Shown here piece after piece: positions 1-9,762 of a stretch of DNA of 64,000 nt; positions within the stretch are counted from its first letter, which is position 1; every line of letters starts with the position of its first letter. The stretch covers positions 848 to 64,847 of the forward strand of contig JBGSYJ010000285.1 of NCBI GenBank assembly GCA_041750915.1, written 5' to 3'. The notes under the pieces are model-generated. The model did not search any database and was not told where the DNA came from. It saw nothing but the letters and a program-made list of their open reading frames with translations. The DNA is from Thermoanaerobaculia bacterium (GTDB lineage: Bacteria; Acidobacteriota; Thermoanaerobaculia; Gp7-AA8). The position numbers were made by a program, and so were the translations under genes.

Positions 1-1
1 G

Positions 2-784
2 GCGGAACCGGACGCGAAGCTCAGCTCCATCATGGTGCAGCACGTCGTCCGGACGAGCGTCGATGACTCGCAGGAAGAGGTCGCGCAGGTCGTGGCGAAG
101 TACGACCTCCTCTCGGTGCCCGTGGTCGACATGCAGAACCTTCTCGTGGGAGTCGTGACGGTCGACGACGTCATCGACGTCATCCAGGAAGAGGCCGAAG
201 AGGACCTGCTCCATCTCGCGGGCGTCGATGTCACCGAGCGTTTGTCGACTCCCATGGGCAAGACCTTCAAAGCGCGATTTCCCTGGCTTGTGGTCAACCT
301 CGCGACGGCATTCGTAGCGGCGAGTGTGATCCGGTACTTCGAAGGCACAATCGCGAAGTGGGCGGTGCTGGCGGCCTTCATGCCGGTGGTCGTCGGAATC
401 GCCGGGAATGCCGGGACGCAGACGCTCACGGTGTTCGTCAGGGCGCTCGCCTTCGGCGAAGTCGACTGGGCGACACGAGGAAAGCCGATTCTCAAGGAGT
501 TGCTCGTCGGGCTCGCCAACGGCCTCGGGATGGGACTTCTGACGGCCGCGATCGTGGGGCTCTGGACGGGCGATTTCAGGCTGGCGCTGATCCTCTTCGG
601 CGCGATGACCTTCACTTTGATCGTTGCTGGAGTTGCCGGAGGGTTCACTCCTCTAATCCTCAAGAGGTTCGGATTCGACCCGGCCGTGTCGTCCTCGATT
701 TTCGTGACGGCGCTGACGGACGTTGCTGGCTTCTTTGCCTTCCTGGGACTGGCGACCCTGGCGCTCCGTTACTGGCGTTTCTGA
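2..784 (+). CDS. mgtE: Mg2+ transporter MgtE, C-terminal part (CBS region plus MgtE membrane domain); the 5' end lies outside the window
   Basis: The frame is open from position 2. The CBS-domain signature LVGVVTVDDVIDVIQEEAEEDLL is followed by five hydrophobic helices typical of the MgtE pore domain. Confidence 0.85.
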   Translation, partial: AEPDAKLSSIMVQHVVRTSVDDSQEEVAQVVAKYDLLSVPVVDMQNLLVGVVTVDDVIDVIQEEAEEDLLHLAGVDVTERLSTPMGKTFKARFPWLVVNLATAFVAASVIRYFEGTIAKWAVLAAFMPVVVGIAGNAGTQTLTVFVRALAFGEVDWATRGKPILKELLVGLANGLGMGLLTAAIVGLWTGDFRLALILFGAMTFTLIVAGVAGGFTPLILKRFGFDPAVSSSIFVTALTDVAGFFAFLGLATLALRYWRF

Positions 785-970
785 CGATTGTCAACCCTCT
801 TTCCGCTATCGAAGACAGATTGTTGGAGTTTCGCGGGGAAATCGGAGACGCCGACCGTGCAAATTCCGTGTGAAGTGCTTAAACACAAGAAAAATAATCA
901 GTTAGCAGCTTCGCCCAGCGAGTTGTGCATTTCGCTCTCTCTTCGGCGGGTACGCCATTTCTGGAGTTTT

Positions 971-1609
971 TCACAGTGATTTCCGCGAGCTTTTCCACAG
1001 ATCCTGTGTAAAGCGAAATTTCCCCTCCCGAACCACCCGAGGACTGCCGGAGGTAAAGTCCGCGACCGTCGACGCTTCACCCTGGAGAGGCCCGATGTCG
1101 AGAATCGCTGCGACCGATTTCCTCGTCGCAGAGTCGAGGCCCTCCATACTCTGGAGTGGTGGACTTCCACTCAGGTTCACGCTCGTTGAGGCGAGCGGCC
1201 CGGCAAGCGTAATCAGATCCCTCAGCCACGGAATGTCGGGGATCCGGACGGCGAGCGTGGCGGAGCCTGCGCTCGCGGGCACGGGTGTGTGCAGCGGCAG
1301 GATCGCTGTGAGTGGGGCCGGCCAGATGGTGGCAAGGAACGATTCGGTCAGCGGCGGCAACTCGACTCCAAGCACGGAGAGTTGTTCGAGGTTCGCGGAA
1401 AGGACGATGAGCGGTTTTCTTTTTTCGCGCGCTTTCAACTCGAACACAGCTTCGACGGCATCTCGTTTCAGTGCACTGCAGTGGAGTCCATAGATCGTAT
1501 CGGTCGGGAGGATCACGATCCCGCCTTCACGAATCGCCGAGGCGAGTCTGTCGATCACATCCTCTGAGACTTCACCGGGGCGCGCTTTGTAGATGGACGG
1601 TTCAGACAT
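971..1609 (-). CDS. tsaC: L-threonylcarbamoyladenylate synthase (TsaC/YrdC/Sua5 family)
   Basis: Contains the YrdC-fold motifs ILPTDTIYGL and KRKPLIVL...SVN and is about 210 aa long. Confidence 0.8.
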   Translation of the reverse strand: MSEPSIYKARPGEVSEDVIDRLASAIREGGIVILPTDTIYGLHCSALKRDAVEAVFELKAREKRKPLIVLSANLEQLSVLGVELPPLTESFLATIWPAPLTAILPLHTPVPASAGSATLAVRIPDIPWLRDLITLAGPLASTSVNLSGSPPLQSMEGLDSATRKSVAAILDIGPLQGEASTVADFTSGSPRVVREGKFRFTQDLWKSSRKSL

Positions 1610-1610
1610 G

Positions 1611-2645
1611 TCAGTCCCCGAGGTAACGCGAGAGGAGTGTTCTCGCCTCCAGTGTGTCGGTGGTTCCCTCGACGATGACCCGTCCGTCAGCGAAGAGTGT
1701 CAGCTTTCCTTCGGGGATCCTGATGGTGATCGATTCTTCGTGAGCCTCGAGATCGAATCGCTGCGCCAGCCGCGTCGCGATGCTCGCGATATCGGCCGCC
1801 GCGCCCGTTGCAATCTGCACCGAGTTCCGTCCGCACAGAGTCACCATCTCTTCCGAATGATCTGCGAGTGACGGCATCTCGCGAAGATCGCATGACGGAC
1901 AGCCGGCGACGGGCTGCGTCTCTCTGAAGCGCCGCTCTCCCGGGCCTCCACCACTCCAGAGGTCGAACGTCGCGACGCCACGATCGACCTCTCCGGCAAC
2001 GACCCATTTGAGGGCTGCCGCGACCTGAAGACCGGCGACGACCGAAGGCAGGGGAGTGATGATGCCGGCGACGTCACAACTTTCGTTGCTTCCAAGCGGC
2101 GGAAGAAATTCCATGAAGCAACGCAGACACGGGGTCACGCCGGGGACGATCGTCGCGGTCATGCCCCTGCTTCCAACGGCAGCGCCGTAAATCCAGGGAG
2201 TGCCGAGCTCGATCGCCGCATCGTTGATCAGGAATCGTGTACGGAAATTGTCGGTGCCGTCGAGGATGAGCTCGACGCCGTCGAGCAGAGTGAGGGCGTT
2301 GGCCGGATTGAGGTCCCGTACGACGGCTTCGCAGCGCAAAGACGAATCGATGCGTTCGAGATGGCGCTTCGCTGCGGAAGCCTTCGGCCGGGAACGTCCG
2401 GCATCGTCTTCGTCGAACAGAGCCTGCCGCTGAAGGTTCGACAGGTCGACGTAGTCGCGATCGATGATCCGAAGCAGTCCGCCGGAGCCTCGTCCGACTC
2501 CCGCGCGGGCGAGGAGCTCGGCGATCCTGCTGCCGAGCGCGCCACAGCCCACGATGGCGATGCGTGCGTTCTCGAGCGCCTTCTGCCCGTCATCGCCGAT
2601 CGGCGGGAAAAGCCGGTGGCGGGAATGGCGATCGTCGGAGGACAT
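1611..2645 (-). CDS. ThiF/MoeB/HesA-family E1-like adenylyltransferase with a Cys-rich C-terminal extension
   Basis: Has the Rossmann motif IVGCGALGS and the DLSNLQRQ motif. Downstream there are CLRC and CPSC pairs and an extra ~80 aa. Confidence 0.8.
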   Translation of the reverse strand: MSSDDRHSRHRLFPPIGDDGQKALENARIAIVGCGALGSRIAELLARAGVGRGSGGLLRIIDRDYVDLSNLQRQALFDEDDAGRSRPKASAAKRHLERIDSSLRCEAVVRDLNPANALTLLDGVELILDGTDNFRTRFLINDAAIELGTPWIYGAAVGSRGMTATIVPGVTPCLRCFMEFLPPLGSNESCDVAGIITPLPSVVAGLQVAAALKWVVAGEVDRGVATFDLWSGGGPGERRFRETQPVAGCPSCDLREMPSLADHSEEMVTLCGRNSVQIATGAAADIASIATRLAQRFDLEAHEESITIRIPEGKLTLFADGRVIVEGTTDTLEARTLLSRYLGD

Positions 2646-2692
2646 CGAGTGAAGAATACCGCAGGGGAGTTCTCGCGGGCATCTTCGGGGCT

Positions 2693-2863
2693 TGTCATCC
2701 CGAGCTTGGTTGTGAGGGCGGGAGGGGCGAGGGAACTCCGGCGGTAGTACATCGTTAATTCGTCGGGGGTAGAGTCGACGTATGGGCTCTCCTCGAGGTA
2801 ACTATGTACCATCGCGCGAGGTCCCTCGCCCCTCCCGCCCTCACAACCAAGCTCGGGATGACA
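2693..2863. repeat. MITE-like palindromic element, copy 1 (family with TGTCATCCCGAGC termini)
   Basis: The terminal inverted repeats TGTCATCCCGAGC and GCTCGGGATGACA enclose internal inverted repeats GGGAGGGGCGAGGGA...TAGTACAT and ATGTACCA...TCCCTCGCCCCTCCC. Three more copies lie at 15417, 27652 and 37303. Confidence 0.85.
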
Positions 2864-2899
2864 TTTCGCTTCACTGCGCCACGAGACTTCCGGGATGGA

Positions 2900-3106
2900 T
2901 CAGTCCTCGAGGATGAACGTCACCAGCAGGTTCACCTGGTACGCGGTGATCTTTCCTTCTTTGACTTCGCAGCGCTGTTCCTTCACCCACGCGGACGTGA
3001 CGTTTCTCAGCGTTTTGTTTGCGCGAGTGACGCCGAGCTCGACGGCATCCTCGAAGCTCTTCTCTGATCGGGCTGATATTTCGGTAACTCTTCCTACGCT
3101 TTCCAT
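2900..3106 (-). CDS. dodecin (small flavin-binding protein)
   Basis: The 68-aa product MESVGRVTEISARSEKSFEDAVELGV...KITAYQVNLLVTFILED matches the dodecin fold pattern. An AAGGAG ribosome-binding site sits 6 nt upstream of the ATG at 3106. The longer ORF reaching 3256 is an N-terminal over-extension. Confidence 0.8.
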   Translation of the reverse strand: MESVGRVTEISARSEKSFEDAVELGVTRANKTLRNVTSAWVKEQRCEVKEGKITAYQVNLLVTFILED

Positions 3107-3450
3107 CGTTTCTCCTTTTCGTGAAAACGGACTGAAGAAACGTCCAGCAAGACCCGCGCCGAGGTCGATCGGGTCGTGAGACGGTACACTGGTGCGCATG
3201 AAGCGATACTCCAGAGCGAGGGCTGCGCTGCTCGTGGCAGCGATCAACTTCCGCACCCCCGAGCCACTCGATCTTCTCCGCTTTCTACGGCTTCCGGCGA
3301 TTCATTTCGTGCTGCGGCGGCAATCGGTGGGTCGCCAGGCAGCTCACTCCTGTCGGGAAAGGTGCCACCCTGCGAAGCGATCGTGGGTCCGCACCGGCCG
3401 CGATCGTGCGCAGCGCTGAGTGCAGGCCGCCTGTCGGATAGAATCCTCAC

Positions 3451-4062
3451 ATGGGATCCGAAACGCAATGCGAAGTCCGATATCGGGGTGCGAGCTGCGA
3501 GGGAAAAGCGCTTCTCGAAACGAACGAGCTGCTGTTCAGGGGAAAGCCCGTGCGGCTGAAGATCCCGTTTGACGAGATCGACGAGATTTCGGCCGAAGAA
3601 GGTGTGCTCCATCTCTCATGGAAAGATGAACAAGTAGAGCTTGTGCTGGGCAAACTCGCAGCGAAATGGGTGATGAAGATCACGAATCCCCGAACCCTGG
3701 TCGACAAGCTCGGGGTGAAATCCGGGATGCGGGTTTCCGTGATCCGACTCCGGGACGAAACGTTGCGGATGATGCTCGAGTCCCGGGACGTCGAGATCCA
3801 CGAAGGTCGCGGAGCAAAAGACAGCGACATCGTATTCGTCGGCGCGGAGTCGCGGGAGGAGCTTTCGGACTTTCAGGCGATTCGTGACCTGTTGAAACCG
3901 AAAGGCGCGATCTGGGTGGTCCGACCGAAGGGGACGGCTTCCATTTCGGACGCAGACGTAAGGGCCGCAGCGAAACTGGCGGGCCTTGTCGACGTGAAAG
4001 TGGCAGCTTACTCCGAGCGGCTGACCGCGGAAAAGCTCGTGATCCGTCGCGAAGGGCGATGA
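3451..4062 (+). CDS. hypothetical protein (possibly DUF3052-like)
   Basis: A 203-aa ORF with coding-like composition that is not antisense to any other gene. I do not recognise the family with any confidence. Confidence 0.55.
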   Translation: MGSETQCEVRYRGASCEGKALLETNELLFRGKPVRLKIPFDEIDEISAEEGVLHLSWKDEQVELVLGKLAAKWVMKITNPRTLVDKLGVKSGMRVSVIRLRDETLRMMLESRDVEIHEGRGAKDSDIVFVGAESREELSDFQAIRDLLKPKGAIWVVRPKGTASISDADVRAAAKLAGLVDVKVAAYSERLTAEKLVIRREGR

Positions 4063-4084
4063 GCTTCGCGCGCCGGTAACGCCG

Positions 4085-5332
4085 TCATTCGATCGCCGGG
4101 TAGAAGGCGACGAGCAGTACGCCGCAAAGCGCCGCGAATGCAAAGGGTGGAAGGGTGCGGATCAGCAGTGCCCGGCCACCCACCGTTGCAATGACCAGAG
4201 CCTTGAACGCGAGATTCGAGACCGTCGCAATCACGATCATGCGCCATGCCTGATCGACGGCGATCATGCCGTCGCGGGTGAGCTGCGACGCAGACAGGGT
4301 CAGCGCGTCGACGTCGGTCAGACCTGACATCGCTGATACGACGTAGAGTCCCCGATTCCCGAAGTACACTCGCGCCGCCGCAACGGCGACGAGAACCACG
4401 GCGTAAAGCGCGGCAAAGATCAGAGCCGGTTTCAGCTCAGTCGGGTTGTCCTGAGGCGGCATCGATGAATCTTCCCGGCGGCCTGCGAGCCAGAGTCCTG
4501 CGCAGGAGATCAGGTGTGCTGCGAAGAGGATCGCGAGGGGAATGGCCATCGCCCGTGCAGCAGCCGGGGCAACGACCGCCACCTCGGTGGAGACGCGCAC
4601 GATCACGACGGTCGACGCGATCATGATCACGATCGCCGCCGCTCTCACCTGACCCTCCGCGCGCGCAGCGCGTCTCGCATAGCTGAACGTCGTGGCCGTG
4701 CTGGAGATCATGCCCCCGAGAATTCCGCCGAGCACCGTGCCTGCTTTGTCTCCCCAGAATCGGAAGATGATGTAGCCGCCCAGGCTCAGCCCGACGATCA
4801 ACACCACCATCAGCCAGATCTCGCGCAGGTTGAGCACGTCGAACGGTCCGAAATTCGCGTCTGGGAGGACCGGCAGAATGACCAGCGAGATGAGAGCGAA
4901 CTGCATGATCGCGCGGACGTCTCCCTCGCCGAGAGTCGCGACGATCTTGCGTAAACGCGTCTTCGCCTGCAGAAGCACGGCAACCCCGCCGCCCACAGCG
5001 ACGGCAACCGCTGTGGGGCCGACCACGATGAAACATCCGACGACGAACATGAGAAGCAGCGCGACTTCAGTGGTCAGGCCGGGATCATCCGCGCGCAACG
5101 AGGTCGCGATATGTCCTGCGACGACAAGCAGCCCCATCACGATGAAGCCAGCGGCGACGAACCAGACGCTCAGCGGCCCGACGAGCAGCGCGCAGAGCGT
5201 TCCCAGCACTGTTGCGAGTGGGAAGGTGCGCACGCCGGCGAGGGGAGAGTCCACACTCTCGCGCTGCAGCCCGACGAGCAGTCCGAGCCCCAGGGCGATG
5301 CCGAGGTCCGTGAAGATCGTGGCCAGTTCCAT
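4085..5332 (-). CDS. MgtC/SapB family membrane protein with C-terminal DUF4010-like domain
   Basis: The N-terminus MELATIFTDLGIALGLGLLVGLQRE is typical of MgtC/SapB proteins. It is followed by about 12 TM helices. Confidence 0.75.
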   Translation of the reverse strand: MELATIFTDLGIALGLGLLVGLQRESVDSPLAGVRTFPLATVLGTLCALLVGPLSVWFVAAGFIVMGLLVVAGHIATSLRADDPGLTTEVALLLMFVVGCFIVVGPTAVAVAVGGGVAVLLQAKTRLRKIVATLGEGDVRAIMQFALISLVILPVLPDANFGPFDVLNLREIWLMVVLIVGLSLGGYIIFRFWGDKAGTVLGGILGGMISSTATTFSYARRAARAEGQVRAAAIVIMIASTVVIVRVSTEVAVVAPAAARAMAIPLAILFAAHLISCAGLWLAGRREDSSMPPQDNPTELKPALIFAALYAVVLVAVAAARVYFGNRGLYVVSAMSGLTDVDALTLSASQLTRDGMIAVDQAWRMIVIATVSNLAFKALVIATVGGRALLIRTLPPFAFAALCGVLLVAFYPAIE

Positions 5333-5389
5333 CTGGCCGCATGCTCGCAGAAGCCGAGCCCGGCAGCAAGCAGGACTCCCTCTCCGGAC

Positions 5390-6724
5390 TCACCGGCATC
5401 GGGCTTCGAATCCGAGGATGACGGGATCTTCGAGCTTCTCGGCGGGGAGGAGCTGATTGTTCGCGTCGACGGCGCCCCAATAGCCGTTTGCGATGTAGGC
5501 GAAACGGGAGCCTGCAACGACCCCGAGCGTCGGCTCTTTGTGTTGAGGATGGTTCAGGTCGATGACCTCGACGCCGTGAACTCGGTTCTGATCGAGCTCG
5601 AGACGAATCAAACGATTCGGATTGATTCCGTTCTGAACCGCAAGGAGATTGTTGCCGCAGCGATAGATCCCATCGATGCCGGCAAGAGATGAATCCTGCG
5701 GCGATTCCAGGTGTACGACTCTTTTTGTACCGATGTCGACACGGTAGATACCCGTCGAGTAGTCGGCGACGAAAATGCTTCTACCGTCACGAGAAAGATC
5801 GATCCCCTGGAGCGATTGAAACTGCTCGTCACGGATAAAGAGCTCCAGGCGGTCAGTCGAAGTGGAGATGCGGTAAACCTCGGGTTGCGTGCTGTCAGTC
5901 ACGTAGACGGTTCCGTCTGGTGACAATGTGAGGTCGCCGAACCAGTGTTCGGACTTGTTTGCACCCTCAGGATCAATGGAGTACCTGTTCAGTAGCCGAC
6001 CCGAATCGAGATCGAATTTGAATACCGCCGCGCCGCCGCGATCCGAAGTCTCGAATCCCACCATTTGAGGTGCTGCCGAAGACGCGACCCATAGAATTCT
6101 TCTGGCCGAGTCTGCGCGCATTCCCATCGCGGCAAGCAGGCCGGACGTGGGGCCCGCGAATTCACTCGACTCTCCTTCGGGCGTTACGCGAAAAATCCTT
6201 CTCTCTCGAACGCTGCTGACCAGAAAAACGCCGTTCTTCTCATCGAAAGCCAGCCCCTCTGGTATGAGCCCCTTGCCTTCGAATCCGAAGAACGGAGAGC
6301 TGGTGGTTACCACTGACTCACGGCTGAGCGAAAGCCTTCGCACGACATCCTGAAATCGCGGATCCCCTGCGAGCGGCCCAAACGTCTCTTCGCCTTCGAC
6401 GTTCAGATAGAGGTCCAGCTCCGCGAGTCGTTCGAGCGCTGCGAGCGCTTCGTCGTGATTGCCCGAGAGCGTTTCCATTGCGGCCAGGTTGAACAGGAGC
6501 GAGGGATGAGTGGGCGCAACGCGCAGCGCGTCGCGGAAATGGTTGGCCGCAGCGGCGAAATCCTTCCTGCCGAACGCGTCGCGGCCGAGCTTCCGCGACT
6601 CTGCAAAATCGACCGAGGATTGCTGAGGTGCGGGCTGCGCGGATCTGCAGGCGAGCGGCAGAAGAACCAGGAGCGAACAGCACGAGACGAGAAGGGCCCT
6701 GTGCGCGAGTTTCATGGCGCACAC
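5390..6724 (-). CDS. secreted TPR-repeat protein with C-terminal beta-propeller (SMP-30/gluconolactonase/LRE- or NHL-like)
   Basis: Signal peptide MKLAHRALLVSCCSLLVLLPLAC, then TPR-like helices (AAANHFRDALRVAP, NHDEALAAL), then repeated blades (DGTVYVTDSTQPEVYRIS; RSIFVADYSTGIYRVD). The start could be the M at 6724 or at 6715. Confidence 0.6.
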   Translation of the reverse strand: MCAMKLAHRALLVSCCSLLVLLPLACRSAQPAPQQSSVDFAESRKLGRDAFGRKDFAAAANHFRDALRVAPTHPSLLFNLAAMETLSGNHDEALAALERLAELDLYLNVEGEETFGPLAGDPRFQDVVRRLSLSRESVVTTSSPFFGFEGKGLIPEGLAFDEKNGVFLVSSVRERRIFRVTPEGESSEFAGPTSGLLAAMGMRADSARRILWVASSAAPQMVGFETSDRGGAAVFKFDLDSGRLLNRYSIDPEGANKSEHWFGDLTLSPDGTVYVTDSTQPEVYRISTSTDRLELFIRDEQFQSLQGIDLSRDGRSIFVADYSTGIYRVDIGTKRVVHLESPQDSSLAGIDGIYRCGNNLLAVQNGINPNRLIRLELDQNRVHGVEVIDLNHPQHKEPTLGVVAGSRFAYIANGYWGAVDANNQLLPAEKLEDPVILGFEARCR

Positions 6725-6854
6725 TGTGGCCCTGATTCGGCGCCGAGTCCAGCGGCTGGGAGGTGTCAGGGAACTCGAACCTTCAGATGTCGCAGCTCCG
6801 GTGTAAGGACGTTACCGTTCGTTCACCTGAAGCTCGACTATGGGTGAACGAGCC

Positions 6855-7598
6855 TCAACTCTTCAGGAAACGCGAGGTGCGGAGCCAGTCGGGATCTGGA
6901 TAGTAGGCGAAGATCGGGCTGCCGCCCTTGACGTGATCGATGATCTTTTTCGAGACCTTCGCAGGAAGCGCCGGACATCCCCAGCTTCGGCCGAGACGTC
7001 CCATCGTCTTCGTGATCGAATCGTTCACGTAAGGCGCGCCATGCATGACGATCGCGCGGACCAGCGCCTGATCGTTGAACCCCTGTTCGAGCCCTCGGAG
7101 CCGCAGCGAGTAGCCGTTGCTTCCGAAGTAGGTTCCTGCAGTGACGAAAAGCCCGAGGCTCGTTGCCCGGCTGTCGATCTGATTTGAAAAGCGCGTGGTG
7201 AGATTGTCGCCGCTGTTCACGCCGTGAGCGACGAGCTCGCGATAGAGAAGCTTCTTCTGTGCGAGATCGAATACGAAGAGGCGGGGCTGGGTGGAGGGCA
7301 GCGAGTAATCGATGACGGTGAGAAGATCCATGCGCGTCACGAGACCTTCACGGGCGGCATTTTCTGTGGCCTTGAGCGCGAGCCGGAGTGCGTCAGCCGT
7401 GAGCCCGGGGGCCTGGCCGAGGAGCGTAGCCGCGATGTCCGCTGGCTGGTGCCGTTGCGAAAGGGTCGTGGGAGGTTCGATTGATTTTGCCTGGAGGGGC
7501 GGCGGGGCGGAGGATGGCAGAAGGAGAATGAACGCGGCAAGGGGAAGTGCGTGCCGGACTGCGCGAGCAGCCCGTTGGTGGATCGGCTTCGCCATCAT
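6855..7598 (-). CDS. L,D-transpeptidase catalytic-domain family protein (YkuD_2-like), secreted
   Basis: Signal peptide plus the conserved HG...SWGCPAL motif (HGAPYVNDSITKTMGRLGRSWGCPAL). Confidence 0.65.
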   Translation of the reverse strand: MMAKPIHQRAARAVRHALPLAAFILLLPSSAPPPLQAKSIEPPTTLSQRHQPADIAATLLGQAPGLTADALRLALKATENAAREGLVTRMDLLTVIDYSLPSTQPRLFVFDLAQKKLLYRELVAHGVNSGDNLTTRFSNQIDSRATSLGLFVTAGTYFGSNGYSLRLRGLEQGFNDQALVRAIVMHGAPYVNDSITKTMGRLGRSWGCPALPAKVSKKIIDHVKGGSPIFAYYPDPDWLRTSRFLKS

Positions 7599-7738
7599 CT
7601 GGATCTCCGTTCGCTTCGATTGTAGGCGGAGGACCGTTCCGCCTGATGTTCAGTTTAATACAGAAAGTGGTTATTTGAATTCCCGGAGGCTGATCGGCGG
7701 GACCTCATTTTCCAGACTCTTTCGCTGGCCACGGCGCC

Positions 7739-8152
7739 TCAATCTGCCGGATCGCATAGCTCCGTTGGCGACAGAAACAGGATGTTTTTGACCCGTTCCT
7801 TTCTGAACTCGAACGACAGAAGCCACTTCGTTTCTCTGCCCTTGTGACGACCCGCTGCACAGAGGATGACGAGTTCTTCGTCGCTCGAAAACTGCTGCGT
7901 CGTGAAGGTCACGCTTTCGAATTCGCGATCGAAGCCGGGGAGGATTGCGTCGTTCTTTCTCGCGATTACGATGTGTTCATCGTCGGTCACGTTGACGATG
8001 TATACACGCTCATCGGTGACCTTCCTGAGCTTTTTCGTATCGCGAGCCTCCAGCGCCGTCAGGAACTCGCGGACGGTTGCATCCTGCCGTTCGCCCCCGA
8101 GCAGCGGTGTTGCGAGCAGAACCATTGCGACGACGAGAACGTGCCTGTACAT
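7739..8152 (-). CDS. hypothetical secreted protein
   Basis: The ATG at 8152 is preceded by GGAGAG and followed by the signal peptide MYRHVLVVAMVLLATPLLG. The upstream part of the listed ORF (to 8209) is a probable over-extension. Confidence 0.5.
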   Translation of the reverse strand: MYRHVLVVAMVLLATPLLGGERQDATVREFLTALEARDTKKLRKVTDERVYIVNVTDDEHIVIARKNDAILPGFDREFESVTFTTQQFSSDEELVILCAAGRHKGRETKWLLSFEFRKERVKNILFLSPTELCDPAD

Positions 8153-8466
8153 TTCATCTCTCCTCGAACCCGGGATCGGCATGTCACGGACGACTCGGGG
8201 AGATTCCATTGTGGCCTGCTGCGCCCCCGATCGTCAAAACTCGGGCGGCGAAGCTTCGCCGGGGAAGGTGTGGATGAAGCGCGTAGGTCGCGCGAGACCG
8301 ACCCGTCCTGCGGCGATTGTCAGTCGCGCGGAATGTGAAATGGGACTTCGTCGACGGGAGCCGCCGATCCAAATTCCCGAGCGTCTTCGAAGTCGGGAGA
8401 TTTCTCCTGTTCCTGGCTGATCCGTTCCGATGATTCTTCTTCGATGTTCACGATTGCCTCCCTTGT

Positions 8467-9762
8467 TTACCGTGCTGCAAACTGGGCTGTTTCCGTGGAC
8501 TCGTCCAGGGCCGTAGTCGAAGCTTTTCCTCCGGAGATGACCCTGGTGACCTCGTCGAAGTAGCCGGTGCCGACTTCGTGCTGGTGTTTCGTCGCCGTAT
8601 ACCCGTTGGCTTCCGCCGCGAACTCGGCCTGCTGCATCCGCGAGTAGGCGGTCATTCCCTCGTCGCGGTAGCTTCGCGCCAGCTCGAACATCGAATGGTT
8701 CAGGGCGTGGAAGCCGGCGAGCGTAACGAACTGGAACCTGTACCCGAGCTCTGCCAGTTCGCGCTGGAAGCTCGCGATCGCACCTGCCGAGAGTTTTTTC
8801 GCCCAGTTGAATGAGGGCGAGCAGTTGTACGCCAGCAGTTTTCCCGGAAACTCCGCATGGATGGCTTCTGCGAATCGGCGCGCCTCCGCGATGTCGGGTG
8901 TCGAGGTCTCCATCCACAACAGATCGGCGTACGGCGCGTAGGCAAGTCCACGTGCGATGGCCGGTTCGAGCCCTCCACGCGTCACATGAAAACCTTCCGC
9001 AGTTCGTTCGCCCGTGAGGAATCGATGATCGCGGTCATCGATATCACTCGTGATGAGCTTCGCGCTTCCGGCGTCCGTTCGCGCGATGAGCAGTGTCGGC
9101 ACGCCGCAGACGTCGGCAGCGAGCCGCGCTGCCGCGAGCGTGCGGATGAAGCCGCCCGTCGGCACGAGCACTTTGCCGCCCAGATGACCGCACTTCTTTT
9201 CCGAGGCAAGCTGGTCTTCGAAGTGAACGGCGGCGGCGCCTGCTTCAATCATCAGCTTCATCAGCTCGAACGCGTTGAGGGATCCCCCGAAGCCGGCTTC
9301 CGCATCCGCGACGATCGGCGCGAACCAGCAGGTGCCGTTGCGCCCCTCGCTGTGGTCGATCTGGTCGGCGCGCTGGAGCGCCTGGTTGATCCGCTTGACC
9401 ACGTGAGGCACGGAGTTGGACGGATAGAGACTCTGATCGGGGTACATATGCCCCGCGAGGTTCGCGTCTGCGGCGACCTGCCACCCGCTGAGGTAGATCG
9501 CTTTGAGGCCTGCCCGAACCTGCTGGATCGCCTGGTTGCCGGTCAGTGCTCCGAGCGCAGCAACGTATGGCTCCTCGGAGAGGAGGCGCCACAGCCGATT
9601 CGATCCGAGCTCCGCGAGTGTGTGGGCGATGTCGATTCCGCCGCGCAGCCGAAGCACGTCTTCGGCGGAATAGTCCCGTACGACGCCCTTCCAGCGCGGA
9701 TCGCTGCTCCACTCCTGTTCGATGGTCGCTGCGCGGTTCACTTCCCTGAGTGCTGCCATCAT
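8467..9762 (-). CDS. aceA: isocitrate lyase
   Basis: The ICL signature KKCGHLGGK is present and the product is 431 aa. The start overlaps the aceB stop by 4 nt. Confidence 0.95.
   Translation of the reverse strand: MMAALREVNRAATIEQEWSSDPRWKGVVRDYSAEDVLRLRGGIDIAHTLAELGSNRLWRLLSEEPYVAALGALTGNQAIQQVRAGLKAIYLSGWQVAADANLAGHMYPDQSLYPSNSVPHVVKRINQALQRADQIDHSEGRNGTCWFAPIVADAEAGFGGSLNAFELMKLMIEAGAAAVHFEDQLASEKKCGHLGGKVLVPTGGFIRTLAAARLAADVCGVPTLLIARTDAGSAKLITSDIDDRDHRFLTGERTAEGFHVTRGGLEPAIARGLAYAPYADLLWMETSTPDIAEARRFAEAIHAEFPGKLLAYNCSPSFNWAKKLSAGAIASFQRELAELGYRFQFVTLAGFHALNHSMFELARSYRDEGMTAYSRMQQAEFAAEANGYTATKHQHEVGTGYFDEVTRVISGGKASTTALDESTETAQFAAR

Noticed and set aside
2804-3067. ORFs encoding MYHRxRSLAPP...LGMT peptides at 2804, 15182, 15513 and 27764
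   Set aside because: These are generated by the palindromic MITE-like repeat; the same peptide appears on both strands of every copy. They have no ribosome-binding site and are not protein-like.
7599-7738. Hairpin AGGCGGAGGACCGTTCCGCCT considered as a terminator
   Set aside because: No T-run follows it on either strand, and it lies upstream, not downstream, of the nearest gene end on the strand where it would fold.
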